The notes: a model not told the origin generated them from the sequence alone. 64,000 bases of DNA from an uncultured archaeon (GCA_964545795.1 CAZJGC010000003.1:738-64737); one strand, 5' to 3'; positions 19,988 to 30,041 are shown, counted from the first letter of the stretch. Numbers and translations are program-made.

Positions 19988-20197
19988 ATGATGAAGAAAA
20001 TTTTTATTATTTTTTTAATTATGTCAGTAATTGCTGTAAGCGGTTGCATTCAAAATAATACGGCAAGCCAATCTCCTAATCAACAGGTGTCATCATCTGT
20101 AGAAGACCAGGCAGTCAGTAAGATAGAAAATGAGATGAATCAGGCAATAGAAAATATTACAATGAATGATATTGAAAATGCTCTGACAAGGCAATAG
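19988..20197 (+). CDS. Small lipoprotein
   Basis: MMKK, hydrophobic core, VSGC lipobox. Confidence 0.8.
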   Translation: MMKKIFIIFLIMSVIAVSGCIQNNTASQSPNQQVSSSVEDQAVSKIENEMNQAIENITMNDIENALTRQ

Positions 20198-20240
20198 GCA
20201 AATTCTTTTTTATTTAAATAAATAAAGATAATAAATCTTT

Positions 20241-21944
20241 ATGTTATTTGAAGTTGTTGACAGGGATGCTGCAGGCAGGATTGGGAAATTAAAGATAGGA
20301 AAATATAAAATTAAAACCCCTAATATAGCGGTTGTAATAAATCCCAATAAGATGGTTGTGCCTATAAAAGAATTGAAAAAAATGGGAGTTGAAATAATAA
20401 TTACAAATTCTTATATAATAAACAATAATCCTGAAATCAGAGAGAAAGTGTTGGAAACAGGTTTGCACAAATTTTTTGGTTGGGACGGCCCAATTTACAC
20501 AGATTCTGGAACATATCAGATGTATTCGCGGAACATAAAAGACATTTCGCAAACGCAGATTCTGGAATTTCAAAGAACAATTGGTTCTGATATTATAACT
20601 CCTGTTGATGTTTTCACAACGCCGTTTGATTCAAAACCTGAAGCAAGAAAGAAATTAGAGGAGACAATAAAAAGAGTAAAAACAGCGAGAAAGACAGTGA
20701 AAACTGACCTTGTTGGGCCCATACAGGGAGGAAGTTTTATTGATTTAAGAAAAAAGGCTTGCAGAGAAATAGAAAAGGCGGGTGTTGATGTTTTTGCAGT
20801 AGGCGGCATTGTGCCATATATGGAATCTTATAAATTCACTGAATTATGCGAAACAATAATAACATGCAAGCAGTCGCTTCCTTCAAACAAGCCTGTTCAC
20901 GCTTTTGGAGCAGGGCATCCTATGGTTTTTTCGTTGCTTGTTGCATGCGGGTGCGACTTGTTTGATTCAGCTATGTATTCTTTGGCAGCAGGCAGAAATT
21001 CATATTTGACTGCAAGCGGCACAATGCATCTGGAAGATTTAGCGGAATTTCCATGTTCATGTCCTGCATGCATTAAAACAACACCATCTGAAGTAAAGAG
21101 AATGCAAAAGGAGGATAGACAGCAATTTCTTGCAAAACATAACCTATTTTCAACAATGCAAGAGTTAAAAACAGTTAGAAACGCGATTTCAAATAATAAT
21201 TTATGGGAACTTGTGCAGAGGCGTTCTTCTTCAAATCCAAGACTTTTTGAGGCATTTTTAACAATTTTAAAGAAGTATAAAGATTATTTTTTAGAGAAAG
21301 ACGTTTTCGGTAAGAAATCAGCTTTTGTATATAATAGTGAGGCATCAAAGTATAGGCCAGAGGTTTTTAAAGCAAAAGAAAGAATAAAAAATGTTAAATC
21401 AAAGAAATATTTCAAAAAAGAACCTTTTGGTAAAATACCTTACGAATTATACTTTGTCTATCCTTTTTATCAAAGCATTATACCTTTTTATAACGAGAAA
21501 AAACATGTGAAAATAGATGTTAAAGATATGATTAGAGCGGTTCTAGATTATCAATTTGGAAAAGGAACAAATGATAGAATAAAAGAATTTGAGGTAGAAA
21601 AATCAAGAAAAACAGGCATTATAAGGAGAATTTATCATAAAAACAAACTTATAGGCACTTTGAGGTCTTGGGATAATTTTCTTTTGCCAAGTATTTATGG
21701 CGCTGAATTATTAAAGATAAAAAAAGTTGTTGTAAAAGATAGGGATGCTGCCGAGTTTGTAAGCAAGGGCAGTGATTTGTTGGCAAAATTTGTTTATAAG
21801 GCAGATAAAATAATGCCTGGGGAGGAAGTTGCCGTGAAATATAAAAAGAAGATAATAGCTGTTGGCAGGGCATTGCTGAACTATAAGGAAATGAAGGAAT
21901 TTAATTATGGTGTTGCTGTAAAAGTGAGAAACCATATAAAATAA
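20241..21944 (+). CDS. tgtA: Archaeosine tRNA-guanine(15) transglycosylase
   Basis: DAAGRIG, TDSG, PIQGG, HAFGAGHP, DLFDSA, CxCxxC, C-terminal PUA. Confidence 0.95.
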   Translation: MLFEVVDRDAAGRIGKLKIGKYKIKTPNIAVVINPNKMVVPIKELKKMGVEIIITNSYIINNNPEIREKVLETGLHKFFGWDGPIYTDSGTYQMYSRNIKDISQTQILEFQRTIGSDIITPVDVFTTPFDSKPEARKKLEETIKRVKTARKTVKTDLVGPIQGGSFIDLRKKACREIEKAGVDVFAVGGIVPYMESYKFTELCETIITCKQSLPSNKPVHAFGAGHPMVFSLLVACGCDLFDSAMYSLAAGRNSYLTASGTMHLEDLAEFPCSCPACIKTTPSEVKRMQKEDRQQFLAKHNLFSTMQELKTVRNAISNNNLWELVQRRSSSNPRLFEAFLTILKKYKDYFLEKDVFGKKSAFVYNSEASKYRPEVFKAKERIKNVKSKKYFKKEPFGKIPYELYFVYPFYQSIIPFYNEKKHVKIDVKDMIRAVLDYQFGKGTNDRIKEFEVEKSRKTGIIRRIYHKNKLIGTLRSWDNFLLPSIYGAELLKIKKVVVKDRDAAEFVSKGSDLLAKFVYKADKIMPGEEVAVKYKKKIIAVGRALLNYKEMKEFNYGVAVKVRNHIK

Positions 21945-22068
21945 CACTGTTATATTTATTGTGAGACATAAAAATAATAGAAAAAACAAAAACATTAAAA
22001 TTTCTAAGTATTTTGGCGATTAGAGCCAAAATTTAATTTTTATAAAACTCTATTCCTAATATAGTAAT

Positions 22069-22365
22069 ATGCGCAGGAAAAAGAGAAAACATGACAGAAA
22101 AGTAGCTAAAGGCATAGATTATGAGAAATTGGCTAAGATATGGTATGTTATTGGGGATTGGATACATGTTGCGGAAATATCCAGGAGAACGAAGATAAAT
22201 GAATCAACAGTAAGATGGTATCTTGACAAATATTTGAACAATGCCATAGAACAGGAGAGAATTTCGCCAACAATAAAACTGCGTCTTGTCAGGTTAAAAC
22301 CGAATATGGACCTAAAATCTTATATAAAGGCATTGGAATTGATAAGGAAAGTCAAGACCGGTTAA
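22069..22365 (+). CDS. Small HTH/wHTH protein
   Basis: HVAEISRRTKINESTVRWYL helix-turn-helix pattern. Confidence 0.7.
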   Translation: MRRKKRKHDRKVAKGIDYEKLAKIWYVIGDWIHVAEISRRTKINESTVRWYLDKYLNNAIEQERISPTIKLRLVRLKPNMDLKSYIKALELIRKVKTG

Positions 22366-22696
22366 TAGAATCAGCTATTATTTCAAGCCTGTTTTTATAG
22401 ATATTTACTTTTCCTTTTACTTTAATATAATCTCCTTTTTTAATGTTAAAATGATTTTTAAAGGCAACAACAAGTATTTCTGATGCATTGTCTGCTATAT
22501 TAATAAACATATTTCCTGATTTTTCATAGACAGAATTAACATAACCATACGTGATGATTTTGTCTCCTGACATGGATTTTTTTATGTCTGATATTTTTAC
22601 TGCTTTCACTTCCATTGTTTGTGTTATAAAAACTATTAATAATATTCCAATAACAGAGGCGAATATAGAGAGTTTAAGCAGTGTTTCATCTCTCAT
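22352..22696 (-). CDS. Membrane-anchored OB-fold protein
   Basis: N-terminal TM, then G.V...D....GDYIKVKGKVNIY...LEII OB-fold pattern. Confidence 0.8.
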   Translation of the reverse strand: MRDETLLKLSIFASVIGILLIVFITQTMEVKAVKISDIKKSMSGDKIITYGYVNSVYEKSGNMFINIADNASEILVVAFKNHFNIKKGDYIKVKGKVNIYKNRLEIIADSINRS

Positions 22697-22725
22697 GTTC
22701 ACACCATGTTCACGTTAATTTCACG
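22696..22725. repeat. Three TTCAC motifs in exact 11-bp phase
   Basis: TTCAC at 22698, 22709, 22720. Confidence 0.7.
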
Positions 22726-23243
22726 CTGTAAATTTTCTCATATACAGAACCATCTTTGGTAAGCGTTGATTTAAATAGTGAAATTTCTGACACAATTAAT
22801 ATTCCAAAATCCGTATTTTTGAATTTCTCCAGAATTTCTTTTATGTTGTGGTTTGCTGATTTAACTCTTGCTAGTGTTATGTGGGGTGCATGATTTTTCT
22901 CCTTTTCAAAACCTAATTCTTTAAGTTTGTTGTCAATTGCAACTGCTATATCATAAAATGTTTTGCTTTCAGCGCCTGCCCATACAACGCGTATGTAATT
23001 GTTGTTTGGAAAACAACCAATTCCTTTTATATTCATTTGAAATTTTTTGAATTTAGAGCATGTGTTTTTGATTATGTTTTTTATTTGTGTAATTTTGTTT
23101 TCATTGACATTGCCAAGGAATTTCAGTGTAATATGGAGGTTCTCCTGCGGCACAATCTTTATATCTCCTTCTAATTTGCGTTGTATATCTCTTAGTTTCA
23201 GTTTCAATGATTTATCCAAATCAATAGCAATAAAGCATCTCAT
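22710..23243 (-). CDS. thpR: RNA 2',3'-cyclic phosphodiesterase (2H family)
   Basis: MRCFIAI, HITLKFLG, PHITLAR. Confidence 0.95.
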   Translation of the reverse strand: MRCFIAIDLDKSLKLKLRDIQRKLEGDIKIVPQENLHITLKFLGNVNENKITQIKNIIKNTCSKFKKFQMNIKGIGCFPNNNYIRVVWAGAESKTFYDIAVAIDNKLKELGFEKEKNHAPHITLARVKSANHNIKEILEKFKNTDFGILIVSEISLFKSTLTKDGSVYEKIYSVKLT

Positions 23244-23372
23244 TTTAAGAATATGTGTTTAACATATATTTAATATTATATAATTGCTTAAATATTATTA
23301 TTGTTATTGTTATAAATAAACATATTAAAATTTATTTTCAGACATTTTAAAAAACTTGCGAGTAGTGATTTT

Positions 23373-25691
23373 ATGAAAGCTGTAGTTAACGGTATTAATA
23401 AAAAAATAATAGAGGATTTTTCTATATCTGATAAAAGAAGCATAAATTTCTGGATATCAAGGTTGGAGAAATATTCAAAAAGCAAAGTTGTTTCTGCCTG
23501 TTTAAAGGTTGGTGTTGACAGGGAAATTGCTGAAGAAATAGCAGACAATGTTGACAGGTACTGCGATGAAAGTATGAAAATGTCTGAAGTAAGGCCTTTA
23601 ATATTTGCGTTTCTGAGCAAAAAAGATGCTGCTGCGGCAAGGAGATTCAGGGCAGGAGAAATATATGTAAGGACATCATCAGAAAACTATGAAAAATTTG
23701 ACAGAAGAAAAATTGTGAAATCTTTGTTAAGAGAAACAGCTATAAGCGAAAAAGACGCTGAATATATATCAGTTGAGACAGAAAAATTTATACGTGCGGC
23801 AAATCTGGATTACATATCTTCGTCTCTTCTAAGGGAGATAGTTAATATAAAACTTCTTGAGTATGGTTTTGAGGACATACATTCTGATTATACAAGAATA
23901 GGAAAGCCTGTTTATGATATAACACAATTAATAAACATAGGAGACAATGAAAATGCAAATTTGCAGTATAATCCAGAAACAATACATAAGCTTATAGCCG
24001 ATAATGTTTTGCGCGAATATGCGCTTACAAAAGCAGTGCCAAGGCATGCTGCAGATGCCCATCTGCGCGGCATAATACATATTCATGACATGGATTACTT
24101 TGTTCTTCGTCCCTTCTGTTTTTCGCATGATTTGCGTTTCTTTCTAAAAAATGGCTATAAGGCAGATGGTCAAGGAATACATACAGCAGCAGCAGGTCCT
24201 GCAAAACATGCTTCTGTTGCTATACTTCATGCAGCCAAAATATTGGCAAGCGCTCAGACAAACTGCGGAGGAGGTCAGGGATTCAACTGGTTTAATGTGC
24301 TGCTTGCTCCATATTTGAAAGGAATGAATTACAAACAAATGAAACAAATGGCTCAAATGTTTCTTTTTGAGATGTCGCAAATGTATGTGGCAAGAGGCGG
24401 ACAGACAGTTTTCTCTTCAATAAACATAGAGCCGGGAGTTCCTAAGGTTCTTGAAGATGTGCCTGCTGTTCTTCCCGGAGGCGTTACAGGGAAAGACACT
24501 TATGCAGATTATTATGATGAAATAAACCAGTTTTTCAGGGCTTTTATAGATGTTTACACTGAAGGAGACGCTTATGGAAAGTTGTTTAATTTTCCAAAAT
24601 GCGAGGTTAAAGTTTCAAAGAAGGACTTTTCCAAACATAGAGAAGAAATGGAGATGGTGTCAAAACTTGCTGCAAAGTTCGGAACTCCGTATTATTTCAT
24701 ACAACAGGATTATATGCCGGAATACAGTTGTTATCAGTGTTGCGCATATCTTATGCCCTTGAGCGAGCAGAATACTGATAATGATCTGTATAATGGAACA
24801 ACGCGCGGCGGAGCTTTGCAGGTAGTTACAATAAACCTGCCAAGAATAGGTTATGATGCAAAAGGGGATGATGATAAGTTATATGAATTGTTAAGAGAAA
24901 GAATGAATATAGCAAAGGATGTTTTGCTTGCAAAGAGGGAAATAATAAAAAAGAGAATGAAACAGGGATTGTTGCCGTTCTTGTCTCAAAGCATAGATGA
25001 TAAAGGAACCCCATATCTTGTTGTAGACAAACAGAGTTTGGAGATAGGCATGGTTGGTTTGAATGAAATGCTTCAGGCGCATACAGGTCATGAACTGCAT
25101 GAGGGTGTTTTGGAATTTGGTCTTAAATTTATTAAGAAAATGACTGATATAGCAAGGGAATTCTCTGAAGAAACAGGCCTTAAATTTGTTGTTTCAAGAA
25201 CTCCTGCAGAGTCAGCGGCTTATAGATTGGCTTCTCTTGACATGAAAGAGTATAATGGAAAGGCTATTGTTCAAGGTGACAAAGAAAAGAAGTCTGTATA
25301 TTATACAAATGGCAACCATGTTCGCCCGTCTGCTGACGTGCCTCTTATAGAGAGAGTTAAAATAGAAGCATCTTTCTCGCCTTTGCTTATGGGAGGGACA
25401 ATGTCCCATATATGGCTTGGCGAAGCAAACCCCAGCGCAGAGGCTCTTACAAAGTTTACTGAGAATATAACAAAGAAGACGCTTATGGGATACTTTGCAT
25501 ATACAAAGGATATGACTGTATGCAAAAACTGCATGTTTGTGGCTCCCAACATGCTTAAAACTTGTCCTAAGTGCAATAGCAGCAATGTAGACTGGTATTC
25601 AAGAATAACAGGGTATTATCAGAAAGTATCAGGCTGGAATGCAGGAAAATTGCAGGAACTCTATGACAGGCGCAGATATACTGTTTCATAA
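23373..25691 (+). CDS. nrdD: Class III anaerobic ribonucleoside-triphosphate reductase with two ATP cones
   Basis: HIHD, GGQG, FP, YQCC finger loop, TPAES, YTN, CxxC...CxxC, glycyl-radical YSRITGY. Confidence 0.96.
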   Translation: MKAVVNGINKKIIEDFSISDKRSINFWISRLEKYSKSKVVSACLKVGVDREIAEEIADNVDRYCDESMKMSEVRPLIFAFLSKKDAAAARRFRAGEIYVRTSSENYEKFDRRKIVKSLLRETAISEKDAEYISVETEKFIRAANLDYISSSLLREIVNIKLLEYGFEDIHSDYTRIGKPVYDITQLINIGDNENANLQYNPETIHKLIADNVLREYALTKAVPRHAADAHLRGIIHIHDMDYFVLRPFCFSHDLRFFLKNGYKADGQGIHTAAAGPAKHASVAILHAAKILASAQTNCGGGQGFNWFNVLLAPYLKGMNYKQMKQMAQMFLFEMSQMYVARGGQTVFSSINIEPGVPKVLEDVPAVLPGGVTGKDTYADYYDEINQFFRAFIDVYTEGDAYGKLFNFPKCEVKVSKKDFSKHREEMEMVSKLAAKFGTPYYFIQQDYMPEYSCYQCCAYLMPLSEQNTDNDLYNGTTRGGALQVVTINLPRIGYDAKGDDDKLYELLRERMNIAKDVLLAKREIIKKRMKQGLLPFLSQSIDDKGTPYLVVDKQSLEIGMVGLNEMLQAHTGHELHEGVLEFGLKFIKKMTDIAREFSEETGLKFVVSRTPAESAAYRLASLDMKEYNGKAIVQGDKEKKSVYYTNGNHVRPSADVPLIERVKIEASFSPLLMGGTMSHIWLGEANPSAEALTKFTENITKKTLMGYFAYTKDMTVCKNCMFVAPNMLKTCPKCNSSNVDWYSRITGYYQKVSGWNAGKLQELYDRRRYTVS

Positions 25692-25791
25692 GGGCATGTG
25701 AACATGTGAACAACACGTGAACATAACGTGAAATTTGACGTGAAGTAAAACTTTAAAAGTTTGTATTTTCATAATTTAGAAAGGTGATAGA

Positions 25792-26061
25792 ATGGGTAAG
25801 ATAACAATATTTACTTCAAAGACATGCACAAAATGCCCCCAAGCCAAAGCAATTGTTGAGGATGTTGCTAAAGAGATCGGGTGCGAAGTTGAATATGTTG
25901 ATATTGAAAAAGAGCTTTTTAGGGCTCTTGAAAATCAGATAGCCACTGTACCTTCTGTTATGGTTAATGGAATTATTGTATCAAGAGGGGAAATACCTAA
26001 AAAAGAGGATATATTATCAGTTCTTAATGGAAGTGAATGTTCACGTGAACAAAAAGAATAA
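25792..26061 (+). CDS. Thioredoxin/glutaredoxin-like protein (NrdH-like)
   Basis: CTKC motif, TVP; located between nrdD and nrdG. Confidence 0.88.
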   Translation: MGKITIFTSKTCTKCPQAKAIVEDVAKEIGCEVEYVDIEKELFRALENQIATVPSVMVNGIIVSRGEIPKKEDILSVLNGSECSREQKE

Positions 26062-26143
26062 TTGTGAACAAAATGTGAACAACACGTGAACTTAATATAA
26101 ACTTCACGTGAACTTGTGAATATTCACGTGAAGGTGTCGTGAA

Positions 26144-26863
26144 ATGGAACATAAAAAATTAAAGATTGGCGGAATACTAGATATTTCTACAATAGATTAT
26201 CCAGGCAAACTCACATCTGTTATTTTTCTTCATGGTTGTAATTTCAGATGTCCATTTTGTTTTAACCCTGAACTTGTGCTAGGAAAACCTTCACGTGAAC
26301 TTCACGTGAAAGAAATAATTGAGAAAATAAGTAATTTCAGGGATTTTATAGATGCGGTAGTTATTACTGGCGGAGAGCCTACGTTGCAACCTCTTGAATT
26401 TTTATGTAAAGAACTTAGAAAAATTGGATTATTTGTAAAGATAGATACGAATGGTTCAAATCCTGATGTTATAGAAAATTTAATAAGAAAGGGGTTGATA
26501 GATTTTGTCGCTCTTGATATAAAAGCGCCTTTTAGCAAATATTCACGCGTGATTGGCAATGTGCGTGAACAAGACGTGAACAATATTAAAAAAACATTTG
26601 AGATGCTTTTGAATTTTGATATAGATTATGAATGTAGAACTCCTGTTGTTCCAAACGTGAATATGCAGCACATGCAGGAACTTGCAGAAGATGTGAAGCC
26701 ATCAAAAGTTTTTGTTCTTGAACAATTTAAATGTGAAAAAGGCACTTTGTCAGGAATAAAAGGCAGCATATCTCGTGAAGAACTTGTGAAAATAGCAAAA
26801 ATGTTCTCAAACAAAACAGTAAAGATAAGAACAGCAGAATCAGGCGAGGAAGTGGTAGCGTGA
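26144..26863 (+). CDS. nrdG: Anaerobic RNR activating radical SAM enzyme
   Basis: DYPG, GCNFRCPFCFN, TGGEP, DTNG. Confidence 0.95.
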   Translation: MEHKKLKIGGILDISTIDYPGKLTSVIFLHGCNFRCPFCFNPELVLGKPSRELHVKEIIEKISNFRDFIDAVVITGGEPTLQPLEFLCKELRKIGLFVKIDTNGSNPDVIENLIRKGLIDFVALDIKAPFSKYSRVIGNVREQDVNNIKKTFEMLLNFDIDYECRTPVVPNVNMQHMQELAEDVKPSKVFVLEQFKCEKGTLSGIKGSISREELVKIAKMFSNKTVKIRTAESGEEVVA

Positions 26864-26932
26864 ATATTCACGTGAACTTCATGTTTTGTTCATATAGAAA
26901 TATTTAAATATTATCATGTTCACGTGAACATT

Positions 26933-28036
26933 ATGATAGAAGACAAATTTGATGACTATGAAGAAAGCGTGAAACAATGGTTTCTAAAATTAAACTGGAA
27001 TGAGAACCCATTTACATTTAAAATATCTCCTGATATGTTTACTGGTTATGAAGTTCAGATAAAAGCTATTTTAAAGCATATATCAGAACAGCATAAAATA
27101 GCCATTCTTACAGGACCTACTGGCGCAGGAAAGACAACTATGCTAAAATGGACAGAAGCAAAACTGAAAGATGATAAAATAAAAATGATGTATTTGTCAA
27201 AACCCCCTTCTGACCCAAGCGAATTTGTGCGGATATTCACTAACTTTTTTGGAAGAAGCATTATTGAGAGAATTTTTATGAAAGAGGTAACAATTTTTAA
27301 TTTAAGCGATTATATAAACAGAAAACTTGGCAGCAGACATCTTGTTCTTTTGGTTGATGAAGCGCATGAAACAAACAAAAATGTTCTTGAATGGTTGCGA
27401 ATTCTTGTTGACCAAATAGAGAATGTTTCAATGGTTCTTGCAGGGTTGCCTTTGCTTGAGGATAAAATAAAAAACAAACTTGAGACACTTGACCAGAGAA
27501 TTACCACAAGAATAAAACTCACATCTCTTAATATGGCAGAAACAAGAGAACTTATTAGGAGAAGAATAGAATCTGTTGGCGGCGAAGATATAAAACCGTT
27601 TACTGAAGAGTCTGTTTCGCAGATTTTCAGAAAGACAGGAGGGTTTCCAAGAGAGGTAATAAAGTTATGCGACAAACTTGTGAATGATGCAATAGAGAAG
27701 AATGTTTATGAAATAACTGCTGATAACATTTCTGAATATAAGGAAATAAGCGAAGAACCTGTTTCCAAGTCGGTTCAACCAAAATTCTCTTTGAAGGAAC
27801 TTCCATACAAACAGAGGAAAGTATTGGAAATATTGTCTGATAGCGATTGGCTTACTCCGTCAGAGGTTGCAGAAAGACTTGGCGGTTCTTATAAGTCTGA
27901 GTATCATGCAATCCGTTCCATGAACAATATTCTTAAGAGGCTTATGAAGTGCGGATTTGTAGAAAGAGAAACAAAAGGCAAAACATTTATCTATAAACTT
28001 ACACCAAAAATTAAAACACTTTTGGTGGAGGCGTGA
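26933..28036 (+). CDS. AAA+ ATPase (ExeA-like) with C-terminal winged helix
   Basis: NPF, Walker A GPTGAGKT, Walker B LLVDEAH, LDQRI, TGGFPRE; wHTH LTPSEVAERLG...ILKRLMKCGFVER...YKL. Confidence 0.88.
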   Translation: MIEDKFDDYEESVKQWFLKLNWNENPFTFKISPDMFTGYEVQIKAILKHISEQHKIAILTGPTGAGKTTMLKWTEAKLKDDKIKMMYLSKPPSDPSEFVRIFTNFFGRSIIERIFMKEVTIFNLSDYINRKLGSRHLVLLVDEAHETNKNVLEWLRILVDQIENVSMVLAGLPLLEDKIKNKLETLDQRITTRIKLTSLNMAETRELIRRRIESVGGEDIKPFTEESVSQIFRKTGGFPREVIKLCDKLVNDAIEKNVYEITADNISEYKEISEEPVSKSVQPKFSLKELPYKQRKVLEILSDSDWLTPSEVAERLGGSYKSEYHAIRSMNNILKRLMKCGFVERETKGKTFIYKLTPKIKTLLVEA

Positions 28037-28042
28037 TAAATT

Positions 28043-28600
28043 TTGTTGGTTATTTCTATTGTTGGAATGCCGGGTTCAGGAAAAACTACAGTGGCAAAAA
28101 TAATCAAACAAGAGTTTAATGCATATATGTACAGCAGCGGAGATGTTATAAGGGATGAAATAAAAAGGCGTGGATTAAGATATACAAAAGAAAATGACAA
28201 GAAAGTTTCGGAATGGTTTCATAACGGCAGAGAGAATCTTATTGTCAAAAGGGTTGTGAGTAAAATAAAGAAATCTAAAAAAGATATTGTTGTTGTAGAA
28301 GGTTTGATAACAGAATCAGAGGAAAAATATCTTGAAAAATTGTTTGATGTCGTGCTTATATCTGTTAAAGCCCCAGCGAGAATTAGGCATAAAAGAATAA
28401 TGGAAAGAAAAAGGTTTGGTTCTCAGACAAGCCGCGAATATATACTGAAAAGAGACAGGCGTGAAAAGAGTATGGGTATTGAAAAACTGATAAAACATGC
28501 AAAATATACAATTAACAACAACTCTTCTGAAAAAGAACTTAGAAAGAAGGTAGTTGAAGTTGTGAATAAAATATTAGAACAGAGAGCAAAGAAAGTTTAA
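28043..28600 (+). CDS. P-loop NMP/dephospho-CoA kinase-like protein
   Basis: GMPGSGKT, SGDVIR, RD..E..MG, INN. Confidence 0.88.
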   Translation: MLVISIVGMPGSGKTTVAKIIKQEFNAYMYSSGDVIRDEIKRRGLRYTKENDKKVSEWFHNGRENLIVKRVVSKIKKSKKDIVVVEGLITESEEKYLEKLFDVVLISVKAPARIRHKRIMERKRFGSQTSREYILKRDRREKSMGIEKLIKHAKYTINNNSSEKELRKKVVEVVNKILEQRAKKV

Positions 28601-28644
28601 ATATTTAAATACTTATTAGAATAAATAAATTAAGAGGTGGTTTA

Positions 28645-28905
28645 ATGGAGCAGAGAGTTCGTGGAAGAGATTTAATAGGAAAAGTTGTTGTATCCGAGGA
28701 AACAGGCAGAAAGTTTGGAAATGTTGGTGATGTTAATTTTATAACAGAAAGCGGAGAACTCATGAATATAATAATTACAAATCAGACAAAGCACGCTGCT
28801 GATTTGCAATTAACAGAAGATGAGAAAGGAAGATTAATGATACCTTTTTCTGCAGTTCGTTCTGTTGGAGATTTTGTAATAATTGCTGAAAAAGACATTG
28901 TTTAA
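28645..28905 (+). CDS. PRC-barrel protein (CdpB-like)
   Basis: LIGKVVV...G..FG.V.D, IPFSAVRSVGDFVII; GAGGTG SD. Confidence 0.88.
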   Translation: MEQRVRGRDLIGKVVVSEETGRKFGNVGDVNFITESGELMNIIITNQTKHAADLQLTEDEKGRLMIPFSAVRSVGDFVIIAEKDIV

Positions 28906-29066
28906 GTTCTTGATGTGAATTTTAATATTATTTATTATTATATTCCACCGCAAGGCAAATCTACGTTTGTGTTTGCCAAGAATATGGTTGAACTTGCAAT
29001 TATAATTTTGCTTTCTGCGCCTACTGCAGCAGTTTTTATTTTGTCAAAAAATAAATTCTGAAATTT

Positions 29067-30038
29067 CTAAGGGTCTCTTATTCCTTCCGGTTCAACTGCA
29101 AACACAGCTTCGCCTTCAGGCAGATAAGGCGAGTCTATAAGCCTTGCTATTCTTGTGCTTCCTTTGCTTTTTCTGAGGTAAACCCTGAATGTTGCCTGAT
29201 GCCCTACAATATGCCCCCCTATAGGAACTGTCGGGTCTCCGAAGAGCATGTCAGGTTTTGACATTACCTGGTTTGTAACATAAACTGCTATGTTGTAAAC
29301 ATCAGCAAGCCTTTGCAGTGTATGCAAATGCCTGTTTAGTTTTTGCTGTCTTGTTGCAAGTTCGCCTCTGCCTGAAAAATCAGACCTGAAATGAGACATC
29401 AAACTATCCACAACAATAATTTTTATGTTTTTTTCTTTTATTAAGTCGGAAGCTTTTTCTGCAAGCACAACTTGATGGTCGGAGTTGTAAGCCCTTGCAA
29501 CATAAATATTTTCCAGAACAGTGTCAGGGTCAAGATTTAAGCCTTCTGCTATTTGCCTTATTCTCTCAGGTCTGAATGTGTTTTCAGTGTCTATTATTAA
29601 TGCAGAACCTTCAAGCCCTCCCTGTTCTTTAGGGAGTTGCGCAGTTACAAGCAATTGAAAACCAACCTGCGACTTTCCTGAGCCGAATGCTCCATAGAAT
29701 TCTGTTATTGCCTGAGTTTCTATTCCTCCTCCAAGAAGTTCATCAAGATTTTTGCTGCCTGTTGTAATTTTTGTAATCTGTTTTCTTTTTTCAAAAACCT
29801 TTGCAGCGCTCTCATATCCCATATCAAGGGCGCTTCTTGATGCTTCAATAATCTTTTTTGCAGTAGCTTCTCCTATGTCTGCTGCATCTGCAAGTTCTGA
29901 TGGTGATGCTGCTGCTATTGCCATAAAGTCAATATAACCTGCTTCTTTAAGTTTCTCAGCTGTTTTTTCGCCGACTCCCGGCAGGTCAGATATTGTTTCC
30001 ATGCTTCTTCTTTTTTCAATTTCTTCATCAACGCTCAT
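29067..30038 (-). CDS. radA: RadA recombinase
   Basis: Hh[32 protein letters not shown]; no intein. Confidence 0.98.
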   Translation of the reverse strand: MSVDEEIEKRRSMETISDLPGVGEKTAEKLKEAGYIDFMAIAAASPSELADAADIGEATAKKIIEASRSALDMGYESAAKVFEKRKQITKITTGSKNLDELLGGGIETQAITEFYGAFGSGKSQVGFQLLVTAQLPKEQGGLEGSALIIDTENTFRPERIRQIAEGLNLDPDTVLENIYVARAYNSDHQVVLAEKASDLIKEKNIKIIVVDSLMSHFRSDFSGRGELATRQQKLNRHLHTLQRLADVYNIAVYVTNQVMSKPDMLFGDPTVPIGGHIVGHQATFRVYLRKSKGSTRIARLIDSPYLPEGEAVFAVEPEGIRDP

Positions 30039-30041
30039 TAC

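Larger units (their letters stand above)
25695..26975. repeat. Dense array of TTCACGTGAA palindromes and 11-bp-phased GTGAA half-sites
   Basis: Perfect TTCACGTGAA at 26040, 26103, 26123, 26290, 26301, 26867, 26919; longer palindromes TGTTCACGTGAACA (26038-26051) and ATGTTCACGTGAACAT (26916-26931); over 20 GTGAA half-sites. Confidence 0.92.

Noticed and set aside
25695..26150. CRISPR array interpretation of the GTGAAC repeats
   Set aside because: Units are about 11 bp with no 30-40 bp spacers, and they continue inside coding sequence
26933..28036. ParA/SegA assignment for the ATPase
   Set aside because: Lacks the deviant Walker A KGGxGK; motifs are AAA+/ExeA-like. No ParB was seen in the window
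28915..29061. Small hydrophobic ORF (MVELAIIILLSAPTAAVFILSKNKF)
   Set aside because: Too short and no clear SD; cannot be supported without homologues
4671..30038. Inteins in PolB, Cdc6, NrdD or RadA
   Set aside because: Normal lengths and contiguous motifs
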